Assembly (NCBI GenBank): GCA_002633005.1
Contig: NMRA01000477.1
Coordinates: 169,249 to 233,248, forward strand
Direction of reading: 5' to 3'
Source: Phoronis australis
Lineage: Eukaryota > Animalia > Phoronida
Length of the DNA stretch: 64,000 bases
The position numbers and the translations under genes are program-made. Every line of letters starts with the position of its first letter. Position 1 is the stretch's first letter. The notes under the pieces were generated by a model, which was not told the DNA's origin, did not search any database, and was given only the letters and a program-made list of their open reading frames with translations. Shown here in pieces: positions 1 to 15,100 of the stretch.

Positions 1-158
1 TTCAGTCAGGGTTCATAATGTCGGCTATGCTATAACCACTATCCAACAGCGTCTAGATAGAGCATATATTCTGCTGCCACAAGTGAGCACCATCTACCCC
101 AGGAGTGGATCCCTAGAGGGGGGATTACTTCTCACTGTCACTGGGACTGGACTATCAG
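1..158 (+). CDS. PKHD1L1: PKHD1L1-like exon (IPT/TIG repeat), cut by window start
   Basis: Frame 2 open: SVRVHNVGYA...PRSGSLEGGLLLTVTGTGLS; GT donor at 159. Confidence 0.85.
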
Positions 159-3100
159 GTAGGGGTTTGGGGCTCAGTCTGTATCAAGAGTAGGTTTAGC
201 AGATTTGTAGATTCGTGTGATGTTGAAATGGCTTCTGTGTGTTTCCAGTTATGCTGAAAGTTCTTTTCTTCAAGCTGAACCTAAAATTAACCTTTTTGTA
301 AAATCAAATGTTTGATTAGAGTAGATGAATTTGTTAGATTTCATACCTTATTGATTTTATAGGTACATTCAAGTGAGTCTTCAACTATGATAAAATGCAA
401 TCAAGAACGATGCTCTAAAAGTTGATGGATTTCACCTCAAATATGCCATGCCTTTAATGATTTGCCATCTGAGATATTGAATTTTAATTTTGTTATTGCT
501 CTCTTGTAGCTCCAGATCGTGTTTCTATCGGTGGCATTGACTGCATTGTGAAATCTTCAACTTACAGAGAGGTAGTTTGTGTCACACAGCCTTCATACGA
601 GACTGTTGGACAAACCATTGTAGAGGTGGTTGCCAATGGGAACCGTTTGCGTAGCAACAACTGTTCAACATCTTGCGAGTTTGCGTACTCTCAACTTGCA
701 ACGCCAGATGTGACTAGCATATCAACCAATCAAATCTCAGGGGCAAGCTCCCAGATAACGTTCTCCGGGGAGCGTTTGAATGGAACTGCTGAAGATGGCA
801 TTACCGTCTCTCTTGGTGGTCAGCGGTGCTCTGTCGTTTCTGTGACGTCCACGCAACTGACTTGCACCATTGGTTATGTCGTTGTGGGCAACCAGCCACT
901 CTCTATTCGTTATAATAGGCAAGGCAATGCAAAGTTGAGTGCTAAAACTATGGAAGTGTTGCCTAGCATTGACTCTATCAGTCATGTGGCTGGGAGTCAG
1001 CAGGGTGGTCTCTTGTTGACCGTCGTCGGTGGTGGTTTCACTGCGTCCAGCAGTTCTGTCACCATAGGTGACAAACCATGCGTGATAAAGTCCCTCAATT
1101 TGTCTGAGATTCACTGTGTCACGCCCGCCGGCAATGCTCAATTGAGTGTTGTCCAGGTTGTCTCAAATTCAGTCAAGTTCCCCAGCTCCACCTTTAATTT
1201 CCTCGACTCTGAGACACCAGAACTGACGAGTGTTTCTCCAGTGAGTGGCAACATCGGGGACACCATCACCATCTCTGGTGCCAAGCTGAGCGGAAATCCA
1301 TCAGATGTCACCATCCGTATTGGTGATGCTCAATGTAACGTTAGCAGTTCTACGACAAGCACCATCAGCTGCAACCTTGGCGATAGTCCATCAGGCTCGT
1401 ATCCAATCACAGTCCACGTGGCTGGCAAAGGCAATGGACGAAGCTCTCTATCGTTTAAGTATAATTTGGAAATCACCAATGTCTCACCTAAGGAAGGTAA
1501 GTGGAATCCTCATCAAAAGCTGCCTTTCTTATAATCCTTACAATTGGCGTGGAATTTGCCGACATCAGTGTTTTAACTAATCTCTTGTTTTTAGTTTCTT
1601 TGCATTAAAGCTCTGATAAACCCCCATGTGGGCAAAGAAATTAACTTTTGGTTTAGACTGCTTAACACTATGTTACTGGTTTCAACTTGTTCTTTGCTTA
1701 TTCAAGGTGTGGTTTTTGAGCTTGGACTGAGCTGACAGTTGGTAATTACTTAAGACTGAGGCTTGGTGAATGTAATGACTCACTAGGACAAACCAACTTG
1801 TTCAGCCTGGTCTTAAGCCATAACGAAGTGTCAGTTCTTTGCAACCCAAGAAATCACAAATTGAAAGCTATTTCATAACTATGAGTGAAACCTATTTATT
1901 TTGGTAGAACGTGAGCTGAGTGCAATTTGACTTTTAAAAATTAAAATAATTTTAAGTATCTAAGTATGGTTATCGACCAGCGTTGACTACCCATTGGTAA
2001 TATGCTGCATCTCACATACCAAAATTTAAGCAATTGGGCAATGTTCCTTGTCATGGGGCGTGTTGACTCGCCAGTCTAGTTTCACCTACCAGCACTCAGT
2101 CATCGTGACAGGGAATTCTGAGTCATTTTGTACGATTACTTTTAGGGTGTATTCTTCCAGCTTTTCTCGCTGCCATCGTAACTGTGAACCATAGGATTAA
2201 TCAGAAAGTCGAATTTCACGTACTTATTAAAATATGTTGTAGCAAAAATGAAAGTGTTGCAAATGCTGTGCTGCAAAAATGGCAACTTTAAGTTCCTTTA
2301 ATGGTGTACAGAAAGGAATTTGCTAAATGTAAAACCTTTTATTTTTCAAAATTTTAAAATGATCTGGATTCAGTGTTCAACTAAATTGTCATTTCAGGAA
2401 GCTTTGGTGGTGGTCAAGTCCTGACAATAACTGGTTCCGGGTTCAGTGCCAATGCGTCAGTCACTGTGTGTGACCAGCCATGTGGTACCACAACAACAAG
2501 TGGAACAAGCATACAATGTAAAACACCACCTCATCTGTTCAGTAAGTAATCCATGTGATCTCCCATGTCACAGTTTGCCAAGGTGAAGGAGTTTTTGAGC
2601 TTTTATCCCCCTTCATCGATGAATCATTTTGGCCAAGGGAAACATGAGAATCTTGAAAATCCTTTGTGGCACTGGTGAGACCGTACAAAATTTCCATCTG
2701 TGTAAATGCATGCATTTACTAGGTAATCCCGTGGGACCCTCGTATCATGAATTGCTCGTGTAAATGGACATCTTTCTGTTCTGAATATATTGAGATAACA
2801 AATTAAAAAGAACCGAGGGAATGTCAAATCTCCAGTGTTGAAGCTTGAGCGACTGCTGTCAGTAAAAGCTGAGATTCTTAATGAACAAAATGATACTTCA
2901 GTTATGTGATTGTTATCACTGACGTATTATTAATTATCATAATGATACTTCATACATTGTAAACAATGTAGTTGGATTGTACACCATTCATCTTCTCTTC
3001 CACAATGACTTCAGCTTTGTATGTCCAAATTACAGAATTGTATAATGAATGCCTCACTAGCAAAAGCAAAATGCACATCTATGCTTTATTTATGAAAAAA

Positions 3101-6100
3101 TTAATATTATGTTGGAACTTTATCCACATGTCTGTGTATTTAACCTATAAAACTAAAATCATTTGTAGAAATTATTTAGAATTTGATTCTTTACTTTATA
3201 TCAAAGCGCTAATTATTGGGTCACGTGACCATGTCTTTTTAGTAAAATTTTGTAAAAAAGGAAAGTTAATTTATAGCAAAGCAACGGTATCAATCACGTG
3301 ACAAAATTTTGTTTGATATAAATTTTCAAGATGAAATTTCAAAAGCACTGTAAGTTACAGTTTTCTAACTTATCATTTTATCTTTATTTTATTTAACTTT
3401 TGAAATTTTTTCATTAAAATTTTAAAATCCTCTCATGGAAAAGTGGAACACTTTAACCACTCCTAACAGTGTCTGACCAGACATTTCTGAGACTGAATGT
3501 TCCAAAATTTGGGTTCCTACTGAACCTTAACATCTTAATTGTTGAGTTTTGTCTGCAAGGTTTGTTTTTATTTTTTAGATGCAAACTCTACAACACAAGA
3601 CTGTGACATTGTTGTGACAGTCAAGGGCAAGACTGTTTCTGGGAAGACCAAATATGTCTATAAGGCGGGGCTCACACCTGTCGTTTCATCAATCAACCCA
3701 AAAAGGGGCGGTACAATGGGTGGAACCTCTGTTACTATCAAAGGTTCAGGATTTAGGTAGGCATGATGTGCTATACTGTGTTGTAGATGCCTAAAATTAA
3801 AAATTCGATATCATGGTGATTATAGGTACCGACTTGTGAGACTATGCACACTGTATTGTGTTGTTGTTGCTTCAAATCATGATGTTCATAGTCATGGTTT
3901 TCTTGATTGTCAGGCCTTCAAAATCTTTGGTTTACTATTGACTGCTCATAAAAGAACTAAATACTGATTCAAAGTCATATACAGCTGAAATTATTGCCTA
4001 AGTCAGATCCAAACCAGATCAAAAGATTTTTCCTTGAAAAGTGAAATTTGACTTATCAAGTCAAACAATGACCTAATTAATGTCAGTCTGACTCATGACA
4101 ATTTAATTTAGAAATCTGACGTCTGTTGCTCCTCTTTGCAGCTCAATTCAAGCAGAGAACACAGTAGATATTGCTGGCTCACCGTGTGTGGTCAGTGCAT
4201 CGTCTGCCACTGAAATTGTGTGTGTGACTGAGAAGAGACGCCCGTCTGTTCGGGCCAATGTTGTGGTGACTGTGGCCAGTCGCGGGGGGTCACCTAAGGT
4301 GAGTTGAACTGTAAGGATGACTAGGCTGTCAATTTTATGTCAATCAATTTATGTTTTCAAATGGGCAATGGTTTGACATGTCTAGTTTTGTTGAAAGTTA
4401 TGGTAATTATGTTTTTGATGGCAAGTAAAAGAAGAAGCAAAATGAAAACCAAGTTTGAAACTCAAAATTTTCGATAAAATCTTGACAGTTTTATTACTTG
4501 TTTGATGAGAAAATTGAACCAATAGGGTAAGAATACATTAAGGTAAACTAGTCCCAGTTGAAAACAGTTATCAACGAACCGAAGCCAGTCACAATGCTTT
4601 TGGCTAATTATAGCATATTTCTTTGAAAAAAAAACACCCTTACTTATTATAAGTTTTCATGAGAAATTTGACTTCAGAAGCCAGACTGGTGGAACACTAT
4701 AGTTTCACTCACCCATAAGTGAAATTATTTCAGCCAGTGTCGTATTGTAGTTTCACTCGCCTATATATGAGTCATATTGCCATGAAGTCACTGCTAATGT
4801 AATAAGTTCTCTGCTTTGCACAAAAGGAAGTCAGTGTTTGTGATATCGAGGGTTGATGGCGCTTGCAGGAAAGTTCACAAATCTATCAACAGAGTACAGG
4901 GTTCCATGAAACTGTCCGAATATTACCTGCTTCTGTGCGGCTGATGAGATCATGACAATAAACAGCTGCATTACTCCTTTCAGACTGCCGACACAGAGTT
5001 CCTCTACATTGACCGATGGTCCTCAGTCTTCACTTGGGGTGGGCAGTCAGTGCCCTCTGCTGGTGACCTGGTGGTCATTCCCAAAGGAGAGGTCATCCTG
5101 CTGGACAATAGTACAGAAATTCTCAAAGTTCTCATCATTGAAGGTGAGTTTCTCAATGCGTGCACAGTATAAAGTGTAACCATCTGAGATATGCTGTTGC
5201 TGAAATGATTCATTTTTTGCAATGAGAATGGTACTCTCTTTTAAAAATTTTAGCACATAGATCAATGTGTTTTATGGTTATTAAACCATTTCGTCCTCAG
5301 TGACATTCTATGAGATGTTTGAAATAGCTAACTGTTAACGTCATGTTTTGGCCATGGTTTACCGTGGAATAACGGGACAGACACAAATATTTTCATATAA
5401 TAGTGACAATTGAATATATTCCATCTTGAGAGTTACCCTGAAGTTTGCTCAAGACTGAACGGAAACATTGGAATTTGGAATATATTGTAACTATCATGCT
5501 GTAAGTAGCATGAGGCATGTTGATAATCTAAAAACTACACTGTGCTTATTGTTACACTACAGGGTCACTAATATTTGATGAGGTGGACGTCCAGTTAAAT
5601 GCCGAGATCATTCTGGTGAACAAAGGTGGACTGTTGCAGGTGAGCGATGCGTTTAGAATTTTGCACTTTTTGGTCAATTTAGTTTAATTTACTAACACAG
5701 TGAAAAGGTATTTGAATCCTTTTTATAAAAATGAATGGAATTAATACAAACAACAACTCTTCAAGTTGGAAGTTTAATGCTGTGACCTACTTGCACAATG
5801 GAAACACTTGTGTGCCTGAGTGAGCAGATGGACCGCTGTTGTATTAGTTTTATTAGTTTTATTACCTGTTTCTGGCATTAGTGCTCAAGTCCAGTCATGG
5901 AAAGCTCTAATGTAAAGGGCCGGAAAATTGGCAGGTGTCTCGACCTATGAGCACAATTATCAGAATGGAAAGGCGAGAGAACTTAGCTTACTCGAGCCAG
6001 ATGTCGTTTCGGAATTTGCTCGCTGCATCACTCACCTGGTTTGAAGTATTGATATTTCACCCATTTCTTTTTGATAGAAATCAACTAAAAAGTTTGAAAA

Positions 6101-9100
6101 CATCTATTTTATAGTAAAAATAAATTGTAACAAATTTACTGAAAAAAGTCCTTCAGAAATTTACATTTGCCTTTAGCGTTTTTTGATGTAAAACATGTCC
6201 CATTGCTTTTACAGAAATATCAAACTACACGTAACTGTTATTACTTAAGGAGGGCGATTAATTACAATATTAAGCCCTACTTATTTTCCTGGTACTTCAC
6301 GACACTTTTATTGAGTTTTCTTACACATCTTTACAAACCACTTCAGGCGTGTTGGACTTATGACACCTGACACCTCTGTTTATCTTTTTCGTTTTTGCCT
6401 AATTGACCTTACTGATTAATGAAAAATCTGCTGCTTTGGAAATTTAGCAGAAAATATTGCAGTTTTTGTCATGAATTATGTTACAGAATGCAAGACTGGT
6501 CTATTGAAAATTATTATTTAAAAATCATTTAAGGTGTTTGCGGGATCGATAACAAAAACGCTATTTCTTGTCTTAGAGCAGCATGAAATAATTTCCCTCT
6601 TGAATAAAATTCTCTACGCGCTATGAATTGTAATCAACAGAAAGGGGTGTAAAATTAATTTTGCAGACTTGAATTTCTAGACACTCAAATTTTAACTCTT
6701 GCATACGTGTAGATTTTGATAGGTTGTGATTGTATTACAAAACTCAGCTCTCTTGATCTGTCTCTTTGCCAGGTTGGTACAGTAAGTGAGCCATTCCAGC
6801 ACAAGGCAACAATCATGCTTCACGGTCACGTTAGGTCCAAAGAGATGCCTATATATGGAACCAAAGTGCTGGCCGTCAGAGAGGGCCGGCTAGAACTACA
6901 TGGTGAGGCAGTGCTCCAAAAAAATTTAAAGTATAATTAACCCACTACTGTGTGGCCCTGGGAAATTATTAACATCTTTTGATAAATCTCCCAACACTAT
7001 CTTGGAAACTCTTTGAATCCAGGTATTTGACTATGCCAGAATCATAAGAAAAAGTGTTGCTCTCAGTACCTGACATCATTCCAACATTTCAAATTCGCTA
7101 GTCAATAGCTAGAATAACGGAGATAGTAAGCTTATTCGAGAAACACTGGCCTTTCCCTCTGGTCACCTTGTCAAACTCGTCTGACAGAACACATTCAGAC
7201 TCTCCTGTTGGTGTTTTGTTAATGCATGCTTGGGTCAGCAGGTATTGTCTAGGGGTAATTCAACCGTTTCAGATCACAACAGTATCAGGTAGGGTGTATT
7301 TGTCACGATTATAATTTATTGTCCCCACAGGTAAACCCGTGGTTACCTCGTGGACAAGGTTATCTGATACAGCCAGTAGCCGCAGCTCAACATTAAAGTT
7401 ACAGGTACCCGTTAAATGGCAAGTCGGCGATGAAATCGTGATTGCCACCACGGGTCATAGGCATAGTCAGCGAGAGAACGAGAAGCGAAAAATCACGGCC
7501 ATTTCTAACGATGGTCGGACCGTCACTGTGGATTCACCTCTGGACTACACTCACCTGGGTGTAACGGAAACGTACGCCCAGGGGATATCACTGGATAAAC
7601 GCGCCGAAGTAGGACTATTAACGCGTAATGTTGTTGTGCGTGGTTCACGTGACCTACAGTGGGCGGAGGACATTCCTGCCTGCAAAAAGGGATTCAACAC
7701 AGGTAGGGTTTAATGTTCCGTCAGCTTCTTGTCTAATCAATTCAGAAAATTTCTCAACTTTGACAGTTACAACAAAACACACAGTCAAAGGTGGCTGCAG
7801 AGAATAGCACAGATTGCATTAAAATGATCCTTAATGAAAAATTTTTGGTTCATGAATTGAAAATTAATATTAATGTGGCAGTGTTTGATTCTGGGTTGTT
7901 GTTCCTGATTGGCTGACTGTTGATTGATTAAATACATGAGTCATGTGGGCTGCGTTACATGCTATCGTTAGGCATATTACTGCTGTGGGTTGTGATGGAC
8001 TGTGTGTTGGGAGTTCTTGTTCAGGAGTGAAATATGCATTGCGCTGTTCTTTGTCTATTTTCCATCCAAAAAGGAGGAACTGCAGAATTCACCATTAAGT
8101 GGACATTTTGGTTGCAGAAATTTGACCATTGTAATGATCATGGGCAGTAACCTTTTAATTAGTATATTTTTCAAACTGTGAACTTATGTGCTTGAATGGT
8201 AGGCATTTGGCACATGCACCTAATTCTGGAAATAGGCAGATGTGCCTAAATAGGCGCAAACATGGTGCGACTTCTCTTTATTTGCAGAGTGGCTTCATGT
8301 TATAGAATTATCATTTGGTTCAGTTATAAATTTGACTCTAGTCTGGGCCAGTCTAGCTCAATCCCCATTGTTCAGTGCCTCTGACAGTTTATCATCTTAT
8401 CGGTGTTCCTCGTCCATGACAGGCCAGTTTGCCACCCAGACCTGTTTCCAAGGCCGTTTTGGTGCCGAGATGGGAAGTGACATGTTTGGCGGCCATATTA
8501 TCATCCACGCTCCACAGAAGAGTAAGCAGCTGGCTGTTGGTAAGTATGTTAAACTTAACCATTTATGATAATTTTGACATCATGCTTTATGTACCAGCAG
8601 TGTTGTCTTACAGTCATACTTCCTTTCTGTAACGTAGAAAATAAATCCGAAACTAAAAGCGGCGATCCAGATCCTCTAAAGGATATACACTTGTGTGTCG
8701 AAAAGTAGAATAAATATTATGTAAATAAAACAACAAAAATGGATCACTCAAATTTTCAGATATAATAACATCCTTCGTCAACAGAAACAGAAATAAAGTA
8801 AAATCAAATACTTTATATAACAATTGACATCTGATATACAAGGCTTGGAATTTTTCGCGGAAACGCGGATTTCCGCTTTTTTCAAATGTTCTGTCCGCGC
8901 ATTTTATTATATTTCCGCGTAAAAAAATCGGATTTGATATAAAATTTCCGCGGCAAATTCCTTTCTTACCGCGGCGTTGCCGACGACGTTCACCTCGAAA
9001 AGCGGAAGTTGCTCGTTATGTTTCGGAGGAACGTAAATTGTCAACATTGCCGGGGCATCTGGGATAGCGTGGTGGGATTTTCAATGGCGACTCGGTGATT

Positions 9101-12100
9101 GTAAACCGCGGTGACAAATACTACGGCTCCGCAGCCAAAAATGTGTGGGGGTGGGAGTGGACGGACGAGCTAAAGAGACGCAGATGCATGCTACTGATGG
9201 TGGTAACGTTTTTTTTTTTTAAGTCCTCCCGACTTTTGTCGGCGAAAGGCTCACATCGACTATTTCAAAGCTGGGTAGCGCGCGTGTTTTTGGCCGTAAA
9301 AGTTTCCGCGTTTTGTCGTCATTGGTCATTCCAAGCCCTGGATATATGGCGAAACGAACATGATACATTGTTGCGGAAAAAATAAGGATATAATTTAAGA
9401 AATCTTTAATATGTTCAATCCTTTAGGTTCAAGTGTGTTAAGCTTAATTTATCCAAAATTGTTCTCTTTTGAATCTGTGAGGGCTACTGGTGTAAAATAA
9501 TAGAGAAACTCCAATAGTACCCCAGTCGCATGAGTCGTGATGCGAAAGTCTGGTTCCTTTTGTCAGATTTTTTTTGACCAGTACTAACCATCTTTAAGTT
9601 TATGTGCGTTCTTACCAACAAGCCTGTGCATTTATCCAAACGTAAGAAACTATGGAGCTTAACTTCATAAAAGTATTTTCTGAAAGTAGAAAGCCAGCAG
9701 AATTTGATGTTTTTTATTTTATACCAAACTGCTATACATTAATTAGGTCACGTCACCATGTCTTTGTTGTAAAAATTAACAAAACTACAGCATTAATAAC
9801 ATGACCAAATATGACATTGTCTCTTTAGGTGCTGCCTGAATGGCACCATGCAAACATGACGTAACACAAAGAAGTTACAAGGTGTGCTCCATGTGTTCTA
9901 TTCTCAATTTTGATGACCTGTCCCTAAGTTTTCCTAGGTGCACTAGGTGTAGTCAATAACTAGCTCACTAAATAATGGCATGTGTAATATTTTGCACAGA
10001 GGACAATACTGATATTCATAATTGATCAACTTTTTGTTTGCAGCACATATTGAGTATGTTGAACTCACCTACGTTGGACAGGCGTTCCGACTCGGAAGAT
10101 ATCCCATACACTTTCATTTGAACGGTGACCTTTCGGGGTCATATGTCAGAGGCTGCGCCATTCACTGGTCATTCAACCGAGCTGTTAACATACACAACAC
10201 CCACAATGTCCTGATCGAGAGAAATGTTGTTTATAACATCATGGGCGGAGCTTTATTCCTGGAAGACGGCATAGAAACTGGCAATATTTTCCAATACAAC
10301 CTAGCAGTCTTTGTCCGAGACAGCTCCAGCCTCCTTAATGATGACTTGACTCCCGCTGCTTTCTGGGCCACCAACCCTGACAACGTGTTCCGGCACAACG
10401 CTGCTGCTGGGGGCTCCCACTTCGGTTTTTGGTTCCGCATGCACAACCATCCAGATGGACCCTCTTTCACTAAAAGTATCTGTCCACGAAAGGTACTGAT
10501 TCGCGAGTTCTATAACAACACCGTCCACTCGCAGGGTTGGTTTGGTTTGTGGTTTTTTAAGGCTTATTTTCCTATGAAGACTGGTCAGTGTAGCTCGAAC
10601 ACTCCAGAGCCTGCTGTTTTTCGTAGACTGGTCGCTTGGAACTGCGAAAAAGGTGCTGAGTGGACAGATGGTGGCGCCATACAGTTTCATGACTTCCTGC
10701 TTGTTGCCAACAGTGTATCCGGTGTGGAGATACACGGAATAAGCCAAGCGGGCGACACCAAGTACACAGACAGGGGTCCATTGGTGAAAGACACCATCAT
10801 CGTCAGCAGGGACGGTACCGGGTCTACAGCTACGGGTATTGCGCTGCCCCCCAGCAAGGGGCTGAAAGTGAAGAACACAACGTTTGTCAATTTCTACAGC
10901 AGTTCCGTTGGTGTCCAACTGTCAGGAGCTCCGAGTAGATCAGCGGCATTCGATGCTGTGTTTGAACAGATCACTTTTATCAACTCGCCAAACCGAGGTG
11001 CCTCCCACTGGGAGCATGAGGTGGAGCTGTTGGACATGGATGGGACTTTAACTGGTCATGAAGGACATAGGATCATTCCATCATCAGACCTGCTCCCCCC
11101 TTCGTGTGTCAATGTTTCCTCCACGTTCAGGGACTCAATGAGATGCCCGCCGAAGGTACGATTCATTCGTATGGGTCTCAATAAAGCCAAGCCATCGGTG
11201 TTGACGTACAAGAACTTCCTGGTTGAGAACACGTACGGCACTAGTTCACTGCCGTGGGGTAAAAAGAGGATAACGCATGGGAAGGGATATGAAGCCAAAC
11301 TTCCAATAGGCCTGACATACTCGATGAAGTTTGAGAATGTTAGAACTCTCTCTAACATGTCCTACAGTGCTGAATTCGATGACTTAACAGTAAGTTTTGA
11401 ATGCTCGAACTGCTTCTTTTCTGACTGAATAAGTTTTTCCATTCAGTTAATTTTTTGTGCCAAGATGTTGTATCTCGCACAAGATACAAGACTCGAGTCT
11501 GACATTAGCAGCTTGTCTGATATTAGCGTGCTGAGGTGACGATAAATGCGGGGAGTTGGTGGGATGAGGTTTTGATCATAGTACAAGTTTTGTGTTTATG
11601 CATTTATAAAGTCCATAGTCTGCCTTTAATGGCCATTCACTTTACTGAGGTGTCTAAAATTTTTAATACATTATTATAATAGTAATATACAATCTTAACA
11701 ATGAGCACATACACACACGCACTCACACCTTGTAGTCGCTTAATTTTCAATTATAATGTGAGGAATTTCATTCATCGATATTTAAATCTTTAAAAAATAT
11801 ATTTCCCTGTGAGATTAAAATGTTTTAAAATATTCACAAAAGCATGTAGATGGTAAAGCGTCCCTCCAATCTTTCACAGTATATGTGATATTTTGCTAGA
11901 ATCAAAATGAAGTTTGTGATAATAGTAACTGTGGTGTAAGTAAAAGTATTTATTTTTAATACATGTTGCCATTTCTCTGTTGTAGCCCTCTGATTATATA
12001 ATTATTGAACAGCCATTGGCTGAGATGCCTGACCGTGTCAGCGTTTCGGGAGGTAATCGCCAGATGTCGCCCATGCCACTGTCAAATGAAAACGTTCATG

Positions 12101-15100
12101 GTGACTGGTTTTATGATGCGGGAAAACAGAGGTTCAGTTACATAGGTATGAGAAATGATTAACTAGTGATATCGATCAAGGTGAAAAATGCACAGCAGTT
12201 CAAGACAGTTTTTTTCTGTACCTAGAGCTTAGTGTTATTTTAAGAAATACACTTGCATCGCAAATCCAAGACCATTTTTTCCAGGCAGTTCAGCCGTATC
12301 ATTTTATTGTTAAAAAATACAGAATACCTTATTCTTGCAGTCACCATGTTACAAAGAGCCTCCTTTTAGGTTTTTAAATAAATGCATTCCGTGCCTAATT
12401 TCAGTGCAAAACGTGATTTACGTCTCAAATGCATTGTTTTTTAAATCTAAAGAGAGGCTTAATTTTTTAAAATGGCGACTGCGTAAACTAAGGTCTGTTC
12501 TTGCGCGCAGTTTCATAATTACTTTTTATCTTGTAATTGCGTGCTTGTAATGAGATTCATATAACATGATCTTGAAATTTTTCTCAATATATGATTGGAC
12601 TGATACCCTGCTGCACCTTCTTTTAACACTTGTCAGAGATCAAATGACTAGTGCAGGAAAAGGCCACCAGTCGGTGAATATTAGACATCTAGTCGATAAA
12701 TATAGAAAGGAAGTGCACAGTTGAAATGCAAGTCCAGCGTTAGGTTTTAGTTCTTTGTCACCAGCTTAGGGCACAATATGGTGGACAAGTGGAATTTTAT
12801 TTTCTCACTTTTTCGTAGAGGATTGGTAACACCAAATCGATGCTTTAATATTTTTGAGTTCATTGCTATAGCTGCCATCAGAGATTTTTTCAAAAATTCT
12901 GAGAAATGAGAACAATTAGAAGCCCTTGAAAAATAAGAGTTGTAAGTTTTGGCCATTATGTTATTTTTGTACAAAAATTTGTGAGGTTTTATGGTATATC
13001 TCAAACAGTGCTTTTAATGTTGTATGTATTAACTTTGCCAGTTTCTGGTCGCACGTCTCGCTCTAAGAGGGCCGTCTCTCGACCTACCACATTGGCCCGC
13101 ACTCTCTCTGTCAGCACTACCCGCTGTTTCTACAAGGACTGTATTGTTCCACCGTCCCCAAAGGAGGTCCCACCTGCCCGAGCCACACCCGCCAATCCGT
13201 ACTACTGGTCAGATGTGTCCATTTGGCCAGACAAGAGACTCCCCGTGGATGGTGATGACGTCGTCATTCCAGAAGGTTGGTCATTTATATGCTCTACAGT
13301 CTCAAAATGCCTTGAAAACGATGCATTTGACCTACTCCGTTGTTCACATATCTACACTTAAAGGCGAATGCCACCCGATTTAATTACTCTTTTTTGCCGT
13401 CTTAATCGGTCTATATCCACATCTCCTCGCATACGGTCGACCTTACCTTGCCAAGAGGTGTCACGTTGACCTGNNNNNNNNNNNNNNNNNNNNNNNNNNN
13501 NNNNNNNNNNNNNNNNNNNNNNNNNNNNNNNNNNNNNNNNNNNNNNNNNNNNNNNNNNNNNNNNNNNNNNNNNNNNNNNNNNNNNNNNNNACTCAATGAG
13601 ATGCCCGCCGGAGGTACGATTCATTCGTATGGGGCTCAATAAAGCCAAGCCATCGGTGTTGACGTACAAGAACTTCCTGGTTGAGAACACGTACGGCACT
13701 AGTTCACTGCCGTGGGGTAAAAAGAGGATAACACATGGGAAGGGATATGAAGCCAAACTTCCAATAGGCCTGACATACTCGATGAAGTTTGAGAATGTTA
13801 GAACTCTCTCTAACATGTCCTACAGTGCTGAATTCGATGACTTAACAGTAAGTTTTGAATGCTCGAACTGCTTCTTTTCTGGCTGAATTAGTTTTTCCAT
13901 TCAGTTAATTTTTTGTGCCAAGATGTTGTATCTCGCACATGATACAAGACTCAAGTCTGACATTAGCAGCTTGTCTGATATTAGAGTGCTGAGGTGACGA
14001 TAAATGCGGGGAGTTGGTGGGATGAGGTTTTGAACATAGTACAAGTTTTGTGTTTATGCATTTATAAAGTCCATAGTCTGCCTTTAATGGTGATTCACTT
14101 TACTTAGGTGTCTAAAATTTTTAATGCATTATTATAATAGTAATATACAATATTAACCACAATGAGCACATACACACACGCACTCACACCTTGTAGTCGC
14201 TTAATTTTCAATTATAATGTGAGGAATTTCATCGATATTTAAATCTTTAAAAAATATATTTCTCTGTGAGATTAAAATGTTTTAAAATATTCACAAAAGC
14301 ATTTAGATGGTAAAGCGTCCCTCCAATCTTTCACAATATATGTGATATTTTGCTAGAATTAAAATGAAGTTTGTGGATTAAAAGTTTACCAATGATATGA
14401 TAATAGTAACTGTGGTGTAAGTAAAAGTATTTATTTTTAATACATGTTGCCATTTATCTGTTGTAGCCCTCTGATTATATAATTATTGAACAGCCATTGG
14501 CCGAGATGCCTGACCGTGTCAGCGTTTCAGGAGGTAATCGCCAGATGTCGCCCATGCCACTGTCAAATGAAAACGTTCATGGTGACTGGTTTTATGATGC
14601 GGGAAAACAGAGGTTCAGTTACATAGGTATGAGAAATGATTAACTAGTGATATTGATCAAGGTGAAAAATGCACAGCAGTTCAAGGCAGTTTTTTTCTGT
14701 ACCTAGAGCTTAGTGTTATTTTAAGAAATACACTTGCATTGCAAATCCAAGACCATTTTTGCCAGGCAGTTCAGCCGTATCATTTTATTGTTAAAAAATA
14801 CAGAATACCTTATTCTTGCAGTCACCATGTTACAAAGAGAGGCTTAATTTTTTAAAATGGCGACTGCGTAAACTAAGGTCTGTTCTTGCACGCAGTTTCA
14901 TAATTACTTTTTATCTTGTAATTGCGTGCTTGTAATGAGATTCATATAACATGATCTTGAAATTTTTCTCAATATATGATTGGGCTGATACCCTGCTGCA
15001 CCTTCTTTTAACCCTTGTCAGACATCAAATGACTAGTGCAGGAAAAGGCCACCAGGCGGTGAATAGTAGACCTCCAGTTGATAACTACAGAAAGGAAGTG

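Noticed and set aside
10231-11358. Minus-strand ORFs (up to 205 aa) over the large exon; likewise 737-1141, 26044-26664 and 32508-32948
   Set aside because: Antisense shadows of real plus-strand exons, with no recognisable motifs.
13358-13816. ORFs spanning N runs (also 53515-53800)
   Set aside because: Artefacts of translating through assembly gaps.
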